A DNA stretch of 64,000 nt, taken from Longimicrobiales bacterium. Its GTDB lineage: Bacteria; Gemmatimonadota; Gemmatimonadetes; Longimicrobiales; Gaopeijiaceae. The notes beneath the pieces are model-generated. The model was not told where the DNA came from, searched no databases, and saw only the letters and a program-made list of their open reading frames with translations. Of the stretch, positions 20,494-29,754 are shown one piece after another. The stretch lies in assembly GCA_041690395.1 (NCBI GenBank), contig JAWLHJ010000002.1:628751-692750 (forward strand), given 5' to 3'. A program made the translations under genes and the position numbers. Position 1 is the stretch's first letter. Each line of letters opens with the position of its first letter.

Positions 20494-20630
20494 GCTGCGG
20501 GCTCACCTGGGTGCTGGTTCGTCGCTGCGCGACGCCGACTGGCCCTCGCTCCCCTACGCCGCTGAACGCGGCTCCGGGTGAACTTCCGTAACGAGCTGAG
20601 TGCCTGTCGTGAGGTCGGAAGCCTTCGGAT

Positions 20631-20666
20631 AAAAAAACCCGTCCGGTTGTCATAACCGGACGGGTT
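20631..20666 (-). terminator. Rho-independent terminator of tRNA-Ile
   Basis: AACCCGTCCGGTT-N5-AACCGGACGGGTT stem with a T7 run on the minus strand. Confidence 0.9.
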
Positions 20667-20669
20667 GAG

Positions 20670-20743
<74 letters not shown>

Positions 20744-20784
20744 AGCACGATCCTGCCCACGACGGGTCGCGGGACAGGCCGGTT

Positions 20785-20813
20785 AAGGTATTCAGGGCGA
20801 CCCCAACGTTCAA
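20785..20813 (-). promoter_or_regulatory. sigma-70-like promoter of tRNA-Ile (TTGAAC-17-TACCTT)
   Basis: Canonical spacing about 40 nt upstream of the tRNA 5-prime end. Confidence 0.6.
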
Positions 20814-20879
20814 CCGCCCACCGCACTTTCATCGGTGTCCCCGAGAACCCGAGCCCACGCCACGGGTAGGGAACGCTCC

Positions 20880-21482
20880 ATGTCATCGATCGCACGTACC
20901 ATCACCCGAGCCTCCCTGCTGGCGTTCGCCCTGGCCGTGTCCGTCGCGCCGCTCTCGCTCGCGACCGCGCAGCGCGCGTCGGCCCAGACGCTTCCGGAGC
21001 TCACCGCCTCGCCCGATTCGGCGGCGGCGCTCTTCATCCGGTCCGTCCGCTCCATGCGGTGGAGCGCGGCGGCCCAGTTCATGGATCCGGAGCCCCTCGC
21101 CCTCTTCCACGACGTCGTGACGATGATCACGGAGCCCGACGCGTCCGGCGATCTGCTCGACTACCTGACCGGCACGGATCGAGCGGAGTACGGCGCCCTC
21201 GACGCGCCCGAGGTGTTCGACCGCGCCCTCACGACCCTTACGGGCGACATGCCGGGCCTCACCTACTCGCTCCAGGACCGGGACGACGAGTTCATCGGAC
21301 ACGTGATGGAAGCGCCCGACTCCGCGCACGTGGTCTACCGCACGCAATCGCGCCTCAGCGGCGCGCTCCCTGAGGTGAAGGTGATGCAGATGCGCCGGGG
21401 GCCAGCAGGTTGGCGGGTCCTCTGGAGCGACGAGCTGGACGTGCTGGAAACCGCGCTGCGCGGGTCGGGCCGGTTGCGCTGA
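20880..21482 (+). CDS. Hypothetical exported protein
   Basis: Signal peptide, GC3-rich codon usage, fills the gap between tRNA and yigZ. Confidence 0.7.
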   Translation: MSSIARTITRASLLAFALAVSVAPLSLATAQRASAQTLPELTASPDSAAALFIRSVRSMRWSAAAQFMDPEPLALFHDVVTMITEPDASGDLLDYLTGTDRAEYGALDAPEVFDRALTTLTGDMPGLTYSLQDRDDEFIGHVMEAPDSAHVVYRTQSRLSGALPEVKVMQMRRGPAGWRVLWSDELDVLETALRGSGRLR

Positions 21483-21509
21483 GCGGTGCCGCCGGCGGCG
21501 ACCCGTCAC

Positions 21510-22127
21510 CTACGCCTCCTCGACCCTACCACTCCCACGCGTGAGGTCGGCGACCGCACGCCGGAACGCGTCCGCCCGGGGCGCCGGGACCCCGCACACG
21601 TAGCGCACGTCCGCACCGTACGTCTCGTCCTCGACCACCACGTCCATCTCGGTGACGAGTCGCTGGAGCGCGTCGACCTCCGCGTACCCGACGCGCACTT
21701 CGAGTGCCACCCGATCCACGCGATCCTCGGTCGGAAGCGTGTCGAGCGCGGCCTTCACGCCCCCGGAATACGCCCGCCCGAGCCCGCCGGTCCCGAGCTT
21801 GACCCCGCCGTAGTACCGGGCGCATACCGCCACGACCTCCCCCACCCCGCCGTGCAGGAGCGCGGTCAGCATGGGGCGCCCCGCAGTGCCGTGCGGCTCG
21901 CCGTCGTCGCTCATGCCGATGTGGGTCGTGCTCCCCGGCGGTCCCGCCACGAACGCCCAGCAGTGGTGCGTGGCATCCGGGAACTCCTCCCGCACCCGCT
22001 CCACGAACGCATGCGCCGCCTCGGCGTCGGGTGCGTGCGCCAACGTCGTTATGAACCGGCTCCGCTGGATGGTCTCCTCGACGCGGTGCACGCGTGCCGG
22101 GATGGGGTAGCGGGCCGGATCGCTCAC
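21510..22127 (-). CDS. yigZ: YigZ/IMPACT family protein
   Basis: SRFI, DATHHCWAF, SDDGEPHGTAGRPML, RYYGGVKLGTGGL. Confidence 0.93.
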   Translation of the reverse strand: MSDPARYPIPARVHRVEETIQRSRFITTLAHAPDAEAAHAFVERVREEFPDATHHCWAFVAGPPGSTTHIGMSDDGEPHGTAGRPMLTALLHGGVGEVVAVCARYYGGVKLGTGGLGRAYSGGVKAALDTLPTEDRVDRVALEVRVGYAEVDALQRLVTEMDVVVEDETYGADVRYVCGVPAPRADAFRRAVADLTRGSGRVEEA

Positions 22128-22149
22128 GGGCGGGTGGCTGCGGGCACGC

Positions 22150-23658
22150 TCACCCGGCGGCGTCCGGCAACCGTGACCTCAGAGCCCGGTCCGCCTCCCG
22201 CCCCAGCTCCACCGAGAGGTCGGCGAGGGCCCGGATATCCTCCGGACCGGTACGGAAGTTGACGATGCACATGCGCAGCGCGTGGACGCCGTCGATGACC
22301 GCGTGGGAGACGAACGCGCGACCCGATCGCTCCATGCGCTCCTGGACCTCCTGGTTGAGGGCGTTCAGGTAGTCGCGGACCTCCGGCTCGGCCCGGCGCT
22401 CCCGCAGGTCGACGGGGACGTAGCGGTACGTCGTGATGCTGAGCTGCTGGGTGAGCGCCTCGAGCTCCTCGTGCCGGTCGGCGAGGCCGTGGAACGCGCG
22501 GGCGAGGTCGATGTCCTCCGCGATCATCTCGCGATACGCCGCGGCCCCCGCCTGTCGCAGCTGAACCCACACCTTCAGCGCCCGGAACCCGCGCGAGTTC
22601 TGGATGCCGCGCTCGAAGTAGTTGTGCGCCCCGGCGTCGTCGAAGTGGTAGTACTCGGGACGGTACGAGAACGCCCGGAGCAGCGCCTGGGGATCGCGAA
22701 CCAGCGTGCATCCGGCCTCGGCGGGCGTGTACATCCACTTGTGCGGATCGAGCGCCACCGAGTCGGCCAGCGCGAGGCCGCGCAGGTCGTCCGGCGCGTT
22801 GGGTGCCGCGGCCGCGAACGCGCCGTATGCGCCGTCCACGTGGAACCAGAGCCCGTACCGGTCGGCGATCTCGCGCAGGCGCGGGAGTGGATCGACCACC
22901 CCGGTCGACACGGAGCCGCCCGTCCCCACCACGAGGAAGGGCCGGTCACCGGCGAGCCGGTCGGCCTCGATGCGCTCCACGAGGGCGTCCAGGTCGATCC
23001 GCCCATGGGCGTCCGTCTCCACCCATCGCACGCCGTCGGTCCCGATGCCGGACAGGTCGGCGGCCTTCTCGATCCAGGTGTGCGTGCCGTGCGGCACGTA
23101 CGCCCGGAGCGGACCGCCCCGCTCGGCGCGCATCCCGTCCCGCCGCACGTCCCATCCGGCCTTCGCCGCCCGGGCCGCCCAGAACCCGAGCATGTTGGCC
23201 ACGTTGCCGCCGCTCACGAAGATCCCGTCACCCCCGGAGGGGAAGCCGACCAGCTCGGCCACCCAGCGGACGGCCTGCGCCTCGATCTCGCTCGCCATGG
23301 GCGAGAGGGCCCAGGCGCCCATGTTGGGGTTGAGCGCCGAGGCCAGAAAGTCGGCGAGCATACCGGACGGCGCGGGGGCACCGGTGATGTATCCGAAGAA
23401 ACGCGGGTGGCCGTTGAATGTGGAGTGCGGCACGAGCGTGCGAAGCGCCTCGCCCATCAACTCCGCGGTGTCCGTTCCTTGCTCGGGCAACGGCCGGCCC
23501 GCGTCGAGCGCGCTCCTGACGGCTTCCGGGGTGACATCAGGCGCGACCGGCCGTGTCCTCATCGACGCGAGGAGGCCGGCGATGTCGTCCACCAGACGGT
23601 GGCCCGCCTCGGCGAACACCTCGGGATCGAGGTCCAGCGGTGTCTTGCGCTCGGTCAT
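22150..23658 (-). CDS. PLP-dependent group II decarboxylase (aromatic amino acid/glutamate type)
   Basis: HPRFFGY, SGGNVAN, HVDGAYG, DSVALDPHKW (PLP lysine), SRGFRALKVW. Confidence 0.9.
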   Translation of the reverse strand: MTERKTPLDLDPEVFAEAGHRLVDDIAGLLASMRTRPVAPDVTPEAVRSALDAGRPLPEQGTDTAELMGEALRTLVPHSTFNGHPRFFGYITGAPAPSGMLADFLASALNPNMGAWALSPMASEIEAQAVRWVAELVGFPSGGDGIFVSGGNVANMLGFWAARAAKAGWDVRRDGMRAERGGPLRAYVPHGTHTWIEKAADLSGIGTDGVRWVETDAHGRIDLDALVERIEADRLAGDRPFLVVGTGGSVSTGVVDPLPRLREIADRYGLWFHVDGAYGAFAAAAPNAPDDLRGLALADSVALDPHKWMYTPAEAGCTLVRDPQALLRAFSYRPEYYHFDDAGAHNYFERGIQNSRGFRALKVWVQLRQAGAAAYREMIAEDIDLARAFHGLADRHEELEALTQQLSITTYRYVPVDLRERRAEPEVRDYLNALNQEVQERMERSGRAFVSHAVIDGVHALRMCIVNFRTGPEDIRALADLSVELGREADRALRSRLPDAAG

Positions 23659-23752
23659 GGTCTGTCGTTCCTGAAGAGCCTGCACGCTCATGTTCGCCTC
23701 GTGGGTGGAGTGGATCCGTCACGAGGAGTACAGCATCGGAACCGTCCCGGGA

Positions 23753-24538
23753 TCAGCTCCTCGCCATCCGGTCCAGAAACTCCCGCTCCGCGGTCGTCAA
23801 ACTCGAGGCGCCGGACGCCCGCACCTTCTCGAGCAGCCGCTCCACTTCCTCACGGTTCAGCTCGTGCATGGTCTCCACGCGGATCCCCTTCCAGCGAGAC
23901 ACCGCCATGCGGTCACCGACCAGCCCGGAGGACGCGACCGGCGGAGACATCTTCCTCTGGAAGTCGCGCTTCCCCTTCCCCTTCTTCCAGTCCCACCACT
24001 TCAGGAAGACGAAGCCGAACGCGAGGCCGCCGAGGTGCGCGAAGTGGGCCGTGCGCGACTGGCTGCTGGGGTTGATCCCGGCGTAGAGCGAGCCGAAGAC
24101 GAGCAGGCCGGCCAGGAGCCAGGCCGGCACCGGCAGGATGCCCCAGATGTAGATGCGCTCGTGCGGCCAGAGCATCGCAAAGCCGAGAAGCACGCCGTAC
24201 ACGGCCGCCGATGCACCGACCACGGGAAACTCGCGCGCGAACATGAAGCTGAACGCGGCGCCTCCGAGCCCGGACAGGAAGTAGAGACCCAGGAAGCCCT
24301 TGGGTCCGAGTCGATCCTCGAGCCTGGGCCCGAAGAAGAAGAGCCCGATCATGTTGAAGATCAGGTGACCGATGCCCGCGTGCAGGAACATGTACGTGAA
24401 GACCGTCCACGGCTGCACGAGCACGGCCGGCGGATAGAGCCACAACAGCCGATAGACCGGGCTTCCCGGCTGCGCGATGAAGAACATCACCACGTTGGCG
24501 AGAAGGAGCCTGCGGACCCACATGGTCATCGGAAACAT
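23753..24538 (-). CDS. Rhomboid-family intramembrane serine protease
   Basis: TYMFLH, HLIFNM, GASAAVYG, AHLGG; short C-terminal helical domain. Confidence 0.92.
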   Translation of the reverse strand: MFPMTMWVRRLLLANVVMFFIAQPGSPVYRLLWLYPPAVLVQPWTVFTYMFLHAGIGHLIFNMIGLFFFGPRLEDRLGPKGFLGLYFLSGLGGAAFSFMFAREFPVVGASAAVYGVLLGFAMLWPHERIYIWGILPVPAWLLAGLLVFGSLYAGINPSSQSRTAHFAHLGGLAFGFVFLKWWDWKKGKGKRDFQRKMSPPVASSGLVGDRMAVSRWKGIRVETMHELNREEVERLLEKVRASGASSLTTAEREFLDRMARS

Positions 24539-24820
24539 GGTGGCGCTGCCTGCTGTCGTCGGTCGGTTCCTGGGATGGTTCGAGCCCCACGGATCGCTCG
24601 GGCGTCGGGCCCCGCGTCAGGGCCCGGAAACTCGCCCGATGCGTGCGGCGTTGCCAGGGGGCGGGGTCGCGGGTCGCACCGGGGCGCTGCACCGGAGGCC
24701 GCACGGTTTCCCGGCGCGGGCCTCCCTTGTGCCGCCCTTCGGCGCCGGGCGATCGTACCCGCATGATGCGCGCCGCCGCCGGACCCGACCCGATCACCTC
24801 CCTGCCCCGTCCTGCCCACC

Positions 24821-26131
24821 ATGTCCGCTGAACGCCCGCCCGTCGTCATCGTGGGCGCCGGTGCCGCGGGGCTCATGGCGGCGCTGTTCGCCGCCCGGGC
24901 CGGAGCCCCGGTGGTCCTGGTGGAAGGCACGAAGGACGGCGGGCGGAAGATCCTCATCAGCGGCGGCGGTCGCTGCAACATCCTGCCGTCCGTGCCCACG
25001 CCCCGGCGCTACGTGACCGACTCGTCACCGAATACGCTGCGCAACCTGCTGATGCGGTGGCCGCTCCGGGAGCAGCGGGCATTCTTCGAGCGGGAGCTCG
25101 CGATGCCGCTCGAGCTCGAGCCGGAGACGGGGAAGCTCTTCCCGTCGAGCCACAAGGCCCGCGACGTGCGGGACGGGCTGGTGCGGCGGGTGCGCGAGGC
25201 AGGCGCCAGGACGTGGTTCGGGACGCGCGTGCTCGACGTGACGCCCGCGGCCGAGGCCCCCGTGGGTGAGGGGTCCTCAGGTGACGGCGACCGCGCCGCC
25301 AGGGATTCCGGCGGGAGCGGTGGGGTCCGCTGGCGCGTCGCGCTGGCCGGCGCTCCGCCGATCGAGGCCGCGGCGGTCGTGATCGCGACCGGGGGACTCT
25401 CCGTGCCGGCCACCGGCAGCGACGGGTTCGGGCTGGACCTCGCCCGGCGACTCGGGCTGACGGTCCACGACACCTACCCGGCGCTCACCCCCCTGACCGC
25501 CGATCCGCACCCGCACGCCGCGCTCTCGGGCGTCTCGCTCGAGGTGACCATCCGGGCACCGGACGCGGAGCCGCCGTTCGAGACAACGGGCGGTTTCCTG
25601 TTCACGCACCGCGGGTGGAGCGGACCGACCGTGCTCGACGCATCGCACCTGGCCATCCGCGGTCGCGCGGACGGGTCGCGGCAGGAGCTCCTGGTCGCGT
25701 GGGACGGCGCCACGGCCGGGGCCTGGGACGAGCGGCTCGGGCCCGGGAGCGGCACGGTCCGCACGGCGCTCTCGGACCACCTGCCGCGGAGGCTCGGCGA
25801 CCTGCTGCTGGCAGAGACAGGTGTGCCCGAGGACACCCCGCTCGCCCAGCTCCGCCGCGAGCAGCGGCTCGCCCTGGTCGAAGCCGTCACGGCATACCGG
25901 CTCCCGTGGACGGGCGACGAGGGATACAAGAAGGCCGAGGTCACGGGGGGCGGCGTGTCGCTCGCCGAGGTCGTGCCGCTCACCATGGAGACGAAGAAGC
26001 ATCCGGGGCTCTTCCTGTGCGGCGAAGTGCTCGACGCGTTCGGCCCCATCGGTGGGCACAACTTCATGTGGGCCTGGAGCACCGGACGCACCGCGGGCGA
26101 GGCGGCGGCGGAGCGGGCGCTGGCGGGCTGA
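24821..26131 (+). CDS. HI0933/BaiN-family flavoprotein
   Basis: GAGAAG, GRKILISGGGRCN, ATGGLS, LFTHRGWSGP, AEVTGGGV, GPIGGHN. Confidence 0.92.
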   Translation: MSAERPPVVIVGAGAAGLMAALFAARAGAPVVLVEGTKDGGRKILISGGGRCNILPSVPTPRRYVTDSSPNTLRNLLMRWPLREQRAFFERELAMPLELEPETGKLFPSSHKARDVRDGLVRRVREAGARTWFGTRVLDVTPAAEAPVGEGSSGDGDRAARDSGGSGGVRWRVALAGAPPIEAAAVVIATGGLSVPATGSDGFGLDLARRLGLTVHDTYPALTPLTADPHPHAALSGVSLEVTIRAPDAEPPFETTGGFLFTHRGWSGPTVLDASHLAIRGRADGSRQELLVAWDGATAGAWDERLGPGSGTVRTALSDHLPRRLGDLLLAETGVPEDTPLAQLRREQRLALVEAVTAYRLPWTGDEGYKKAEVTGGGVSLAEVVPLTMETKKHPGLFLCGEVLDAFGPIGGHNFMWAWSTGRTAGEAAAERALAG

Positions 26132-26173
26132 CCGGACGAGCGTCACGGCGGACTGGCTCCTGCGGGGGACCCT

Positions 26174-26197
26174 ATGTAGATTCGCACCCATGTAGAT
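26174..26197 (+). promoter_or_regulatory. ATGTAGAT direct repeat, candidate PadR operator/promoter
   Basis: ATGTAGAT at 26174 and 26190, just upstream of padR. Confidence 0.4.
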
Positions 26198-26223
26198 CAT
26201 CGCAGTCACGAACCCGACATCCC

Positions 26224-26556
26224 ATGACGAAGACCCTGAGCTACAACGCAGCCCTGGTGCTCCAGACCATCGCGAACGGGCACGGCTACGGCTTCGAGAT
26301 CATGCGCGCCACCGACCTGCCGAGCGGCACCGTGTATCCGATCCTGCGCCGCCTCGAGGCCGGCGGGCTGGTGGAGTCGAGCTGGGAGGACCCGGGCCGC
26401 GCGCATGAGAAGGGGCGCCCGCCGCGCTGCTACTACCGCCCGACCCCGGAAGGCGCCTCCGAGCTCGCCGAGGCGCGAGAGCGGTTGGCCCGCCAGCAGA
26501 CGCACTTCGGCCTGTCCGCCCGACCGGCCGCGGAAGGCGGAGGAGGCGACCGCTGA
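26224..26556 (+). CDS. PadR-family transcriptional regulator
   Basis: YGFEIMRATDLPSGTVYPILRRLE, GRPPRCYY. Confidence 0.9.
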   Translation: MTKTLSYNAALVLQTIANGHGYGFEIMRATDLPSGTVYPILRRLEAGGLVESSWEDPGRAHEKGRPPRCYYRPTPEGASELAEARERLARQQTHFGLSARPAAEGGGGDR

Positions 26557-26576
26557 GCGGCGGAGCGGGTCGGAGC

Positions 26577-29303
26577 ATGGCGCGGGCGGTCGCGGAGCTG
26601 GTGGTCCGCGTCGCCGCCCTTCTGGCACCGGCGCCGGACCGCGACCGGATGCGGCGGGAGTGGCAGGCGGAGCTGGCGGAGGCGTTCGCGGACGCCGGTG
26701 GCTGGCGGGTGGTGGTGGCGTCGTTGGGTGCGTTCGCGGACGCGGGCGCGCTGAGGACCATACGGGAACGGGAGGGGGGGGCGATGGGAGATTGGATGAG
26801 GGCGTGGCTGACGGACACGCGGTTGGCGGCCCGGCGCTTCAGACGGGCGCCGGGGTTCACGGTGGTGGCGGTGGCGACCCTCGCCATCGGGCTGGGCGGG
26901 TCGGCGGCGATCTGGGCGCTCGTCGATCACGCGGTCCTCGACCCGCTCCCCTACCCCGAGTCCGAACGGCTCGTGCACCTGGAGAACCGGGTCCCGGGGG
27001 TCGGTCCCGACGAGCGCTGGAGCCTGTCCACGGCGCAGTGGCTCTTCTTCTCCGAGCGGTCCCGGACCCTGGAGGACGTGGGACTCTACCGCGAGACGGG
27101 CACCAACGTGATGGCGGCCACCGGGCCGGTCCGGGCGCGCATGGTCATGGTGACGCACAGCATGGTCGACCTCCTCGGGGCCCGGGCGCTGCACGGGCGG
27201 GTGCTCCAGCCGGCGGACGATGCGCCGGGAGCGCCGGCCCGGGTCATGGTGTCGCACGAGTTCTGGACACGGGCGCTCGGGAGCGACCCGGGGGTCGTGA
27301 GCACGTCGCTCTCCCTCAACGGCGAGACGGCGGAGGTCATCGGCGTGCTCGAGCCCGGCCTCACGCTCCCGGGGCAGCCCGTATCCCTCTCACCCGAGGT
27401 GTGGCTCCCCCTCCGGATCGATCCCGGCGGATACTTCGGCAACAACCACGTCTTCCCCGGCCTCGGGCGTATGGCCCCGGGCGCCGAGCCCGACGCCGTC
27501 GACGCCGAGCTCGCGCGTCTGACGCCCGAGCTCCCGACCCGGTTTCCGGACGCCTACTCGGCTGCGTTCTTCGAGCGGTACGGCTTCGCCACCTCCGCGG
27601 TCCCGCTCAAGGAGCAGGTCCTGGGCGACCTGGACCGGAACCTCTGGATGCTCTTCGGCGGCGTGGTGATCGTCCTGCTGATCGCGGTGGCGAACGTGGC
27701 GAATCTGTTCGCCGTGCGCATCGAAGGCCGACGTACCGACGTCGCGATCCGCACCGCCCTCGGGGCGGGCCGGGGCGCCGTGGCCCGGTCGATGTTCGCC
27801 GAGGGCATGCTGCTCGCTCTGCTCAGCGGGGCCCTGGCCGTCGTGGTGGCGCGTTGGCTCGTGCCGGCCCTGGTGTCGGTCGTTCCCGAGGGGCTCCCCC
27901 GGTTGGACACCGTGGCGCTCGACGCCTCGAGCGTGCTCGTCACCTGCGCGCTCGCAGTGGTCGTGGGGCTCGCGCTCGCCTCGTTCCCCGCACTGAGCCA
28001 CCTCCGCACGCGCAACGTGCTCGGGCTGAGCGAGGCCGGGCGGCGGGGGTCCCGCGGCCTCGAGGGACGGCACTTCCGCTCGGCCATGGTCGCCGGACAG
28101 ATGACGCTGGCCTTCGCGCTCCTGGTCGGCGCCGGGCTCCTGGTCCGGAGCGTCCGGGCCCTGCACGCCACCGACGTGGGCATGGATCCCGCCGGCACCC
28201 TGGCCGTCGACGTGCATCTGCCGAGCGACCGATATCCGGACGACGTCGACCTGTGGGCGTTCCACCGGGCGGTGCTCGAGCGGGTGGCGGCGCTCCCCGG
28301 CGTGACGGCGGCGGGTATGGGCGAGGAAGTGCCCGTCTCGGGCGGCTACGGCTGCACGGTCCAGGGCTTCGAGGACACCTCGGTCTACGATCGCATGACG
28401 GAGGCCGGCATGACGACGTGCGCCGGACAGGTGCGGGTCACGCCGGGGTACTTCGAGGCGCTCGGTATCCCCATCGAGGAGGGCCGGGGGCTCGAGCCCG
28501 GCGACTTCGAAGACCCGGCCCGGGCCGCGGTGGTGGTCAGCCGCGCGTTCGCGGACCGCTTCTGGCCCGGAGAGACCGCGGTCGGCAAGGGGGTCGGGCC
28601 CTCGGGGCGCACGCGCGGGCCGTTCTTCCGCGTCGTGGGTGTCGCGGGCGACGTCCCGGCACGGGCCCGGGGTGGCGCGCCGCTCTCCGAGACGGCCATC
28701 GCGGTCTACTACCCGGTGGTCGACAACCCGGAGGTGGAGGGCAACTGGTACTGGTGGCCGGGGTCGATGACGCTCGTCGTCCACGCCGGCACGGACGACC
28801 CGACGTCGCTTCTCCCTGCGGTGCGCGACATCGTAGCCGAAGTCGATCCCGAGGTGCCGATCGCGAACGCACGGACGATGGAGGCGGTGGTGGCGGAAGC
28901 GGCGGCGACGGTCTCGTTCCTGTCGCTGCTCCTCGCGATCGCGGCCGCCGTGGCGGTGCTCCTGGCCGCCGTGGGTCTGTTCGGCGTCGTCTCCTACCTG
29001 GTCACCCAGAGGACACGGGAGATCGGCATGCGCCTGGCCATCGGGGCGCGACCGGGCGAGGTCGTGTGGATGATCGTGCGCGGGACGCTCGCGCTGGCCG
29101 CGGCGGGGCTCCTGGTCGGCGCACCCCTCGCATGGGTGGGTTCCGGGCTGATGGGGAGCATCCTCTACGGCGTGACGCCCCTCGACCCTTGGGTGTACCT
29201 CGGCGCCGCGCTCACGCTCCTGGCGGTCGCCCTGGCGGCTGCGTGGCTGCCCGCCCGTCGCGCGTCGGCGGTCGACCCGGTGCTGGCGCTCCGGTCGGAC
29301 TGA
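26577..29303 (+). CDS. Duplicated orphan ABC permease (ADOP)
   Basis: RRAPGFT, PLPYPESERLV, LLIAVANVANL, TREIGMRLAIGA, PARRASAVDP. Confidence 0.9.
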   Translation: MARAVAELVVRVAALLAPAPDRDRMRREWQAELAEAFADAGGWRVVVASLGAFADAGALRTIREREGGAMGDWMRAWLTDTRLAARRFRRAPGFTVVAVATLAIGLGGSAAIWALVDHAVLDPLPYPESERLVHLENRVPGVGPDERWSLSTAQWLFFSERSRTLEDVGLYRETGTNVMAATGPVRARMVMVTHSMVDLLGARALHGRVLQPADDAPGAPARVMVSHEFWTRALGSDPGVVSTSLSLNGETAEVIGVLEPGLTLPGQPVSLSPEVWLPLRIDPGGYFGNNHVFPGLGRMAPGAEPDAVDAELARLTPELPTRFPDAYSAAFFERYGFATSAVPLKEQVLGDLDRNLWMLFGGVVIVLLIAVANVANLFAVRIEGRRTDVAIRTALGAGRGAVARSMFAEGMLLALLSGALAVVVARWLVPALVSVVPEGLPRLDTVALDASSVLVTCALAVVVGLALASFPALSHLRTRNVLGLSEAGRRGSRGLEGRHFRSAMVAGQMTLAFALLVGAGLLVRSVRALHATDVGMDPAGTLAVDVHLPSDRYPDDVDLWAFHRAVLERVAALPGVTAAGMGEEVPVSGGYGCTVQGFEDTSVYDRMTEAGMTTCAGQVRVTPGYFEALGIPIEEGRGLEPGDFEDPARAAVVVSRAFADRFWPGETAVGKGVGPSGRTRGPFFRVVGVAGDVPARARGGAPLSETAIAVYYPVVDNPEVEGNWYWWPGSMTLVVHAGTDDPTSLLPAVRDIVAEVDPEVPIANARTMEAVVAEAAATVSFLSLLLAIAAAVAVLLAAVGLFGVVSYLVTQRTREIGMRLAIGARPGEVVWMIVRGTLALAAAGLLVGAPLAWVGSGLMGSILYGVTPLDPWVYLGAALTLLAVALAAAWLPARRASAVDPVLALRSD

Positions 29304-29396
29304 CCCGAGGCCGGGGGCCGGCCGGCTCCCGAACGACGTCGCCCCGGACCGGCGCTCGGCCGATCCGGGGCGACAGTCACGACCTGGGAACGGAGG

Positions 29397-29603
29397 TCAG
29401 TCCCAGGACTCTTCGTCCTCTTCCTCTTCCTCCCAATCGTCGTCGTCTTCGAGGTCCTCGTCGTCGTCCCAGTCGTCGTCGTCGTCGTCCCAGTCGTCGT
29501 CTTCGAGATCCTCGTCGTCCCAATCCTCTTCATCACCGTCGTCCGCCAACGCGAACACCTCATCGGTAATGCCTTCACCTTCGAACCAGCCGGAACGGCT
29601 CAT
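29397..29603 (-). CDS. Ultra-acidic Trp-periodic small protein
   Basis: GGAGG 9 nt before the ATG; 68 aa with about 43 Asp/Glu and 6 Trp. Confidence 0.65.
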   Translation of the reverse strand: MSRSGWFEGEGITDEVFALADDGDEEDWDDEDLEDDDWDDDDDDWDDDEDLEDDDDWEEEEEDEESWD

Positions 29604-29754
29604 CTTGCTCAACCTCCATGGCGGACGGCGCTATTCGGAGTCGACCCGTTTCGAACTCCGCCGGGCACATGGCGCGAAAGTACAAGAGGCCAGGTGGATG
29701 TCAACGCGCAGGACGATACATTCCGGAACGCGCATCGTTCTTTCGTGAGGGGTC

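Noticed and set aside
24539..24820. Possible riboswitch or sigma-54 promoter in the rhomboid/flavoprotein intergenic region
   Set aside because: Only generic GC hairpins; GG-N10-GC spacing is not met and no aptamer consensus was recognised
26405..29569. 1054-aa Arg/Gly-rich ORF
   Set aside because: Off-frame overlap of the real permease with low-complexity composition
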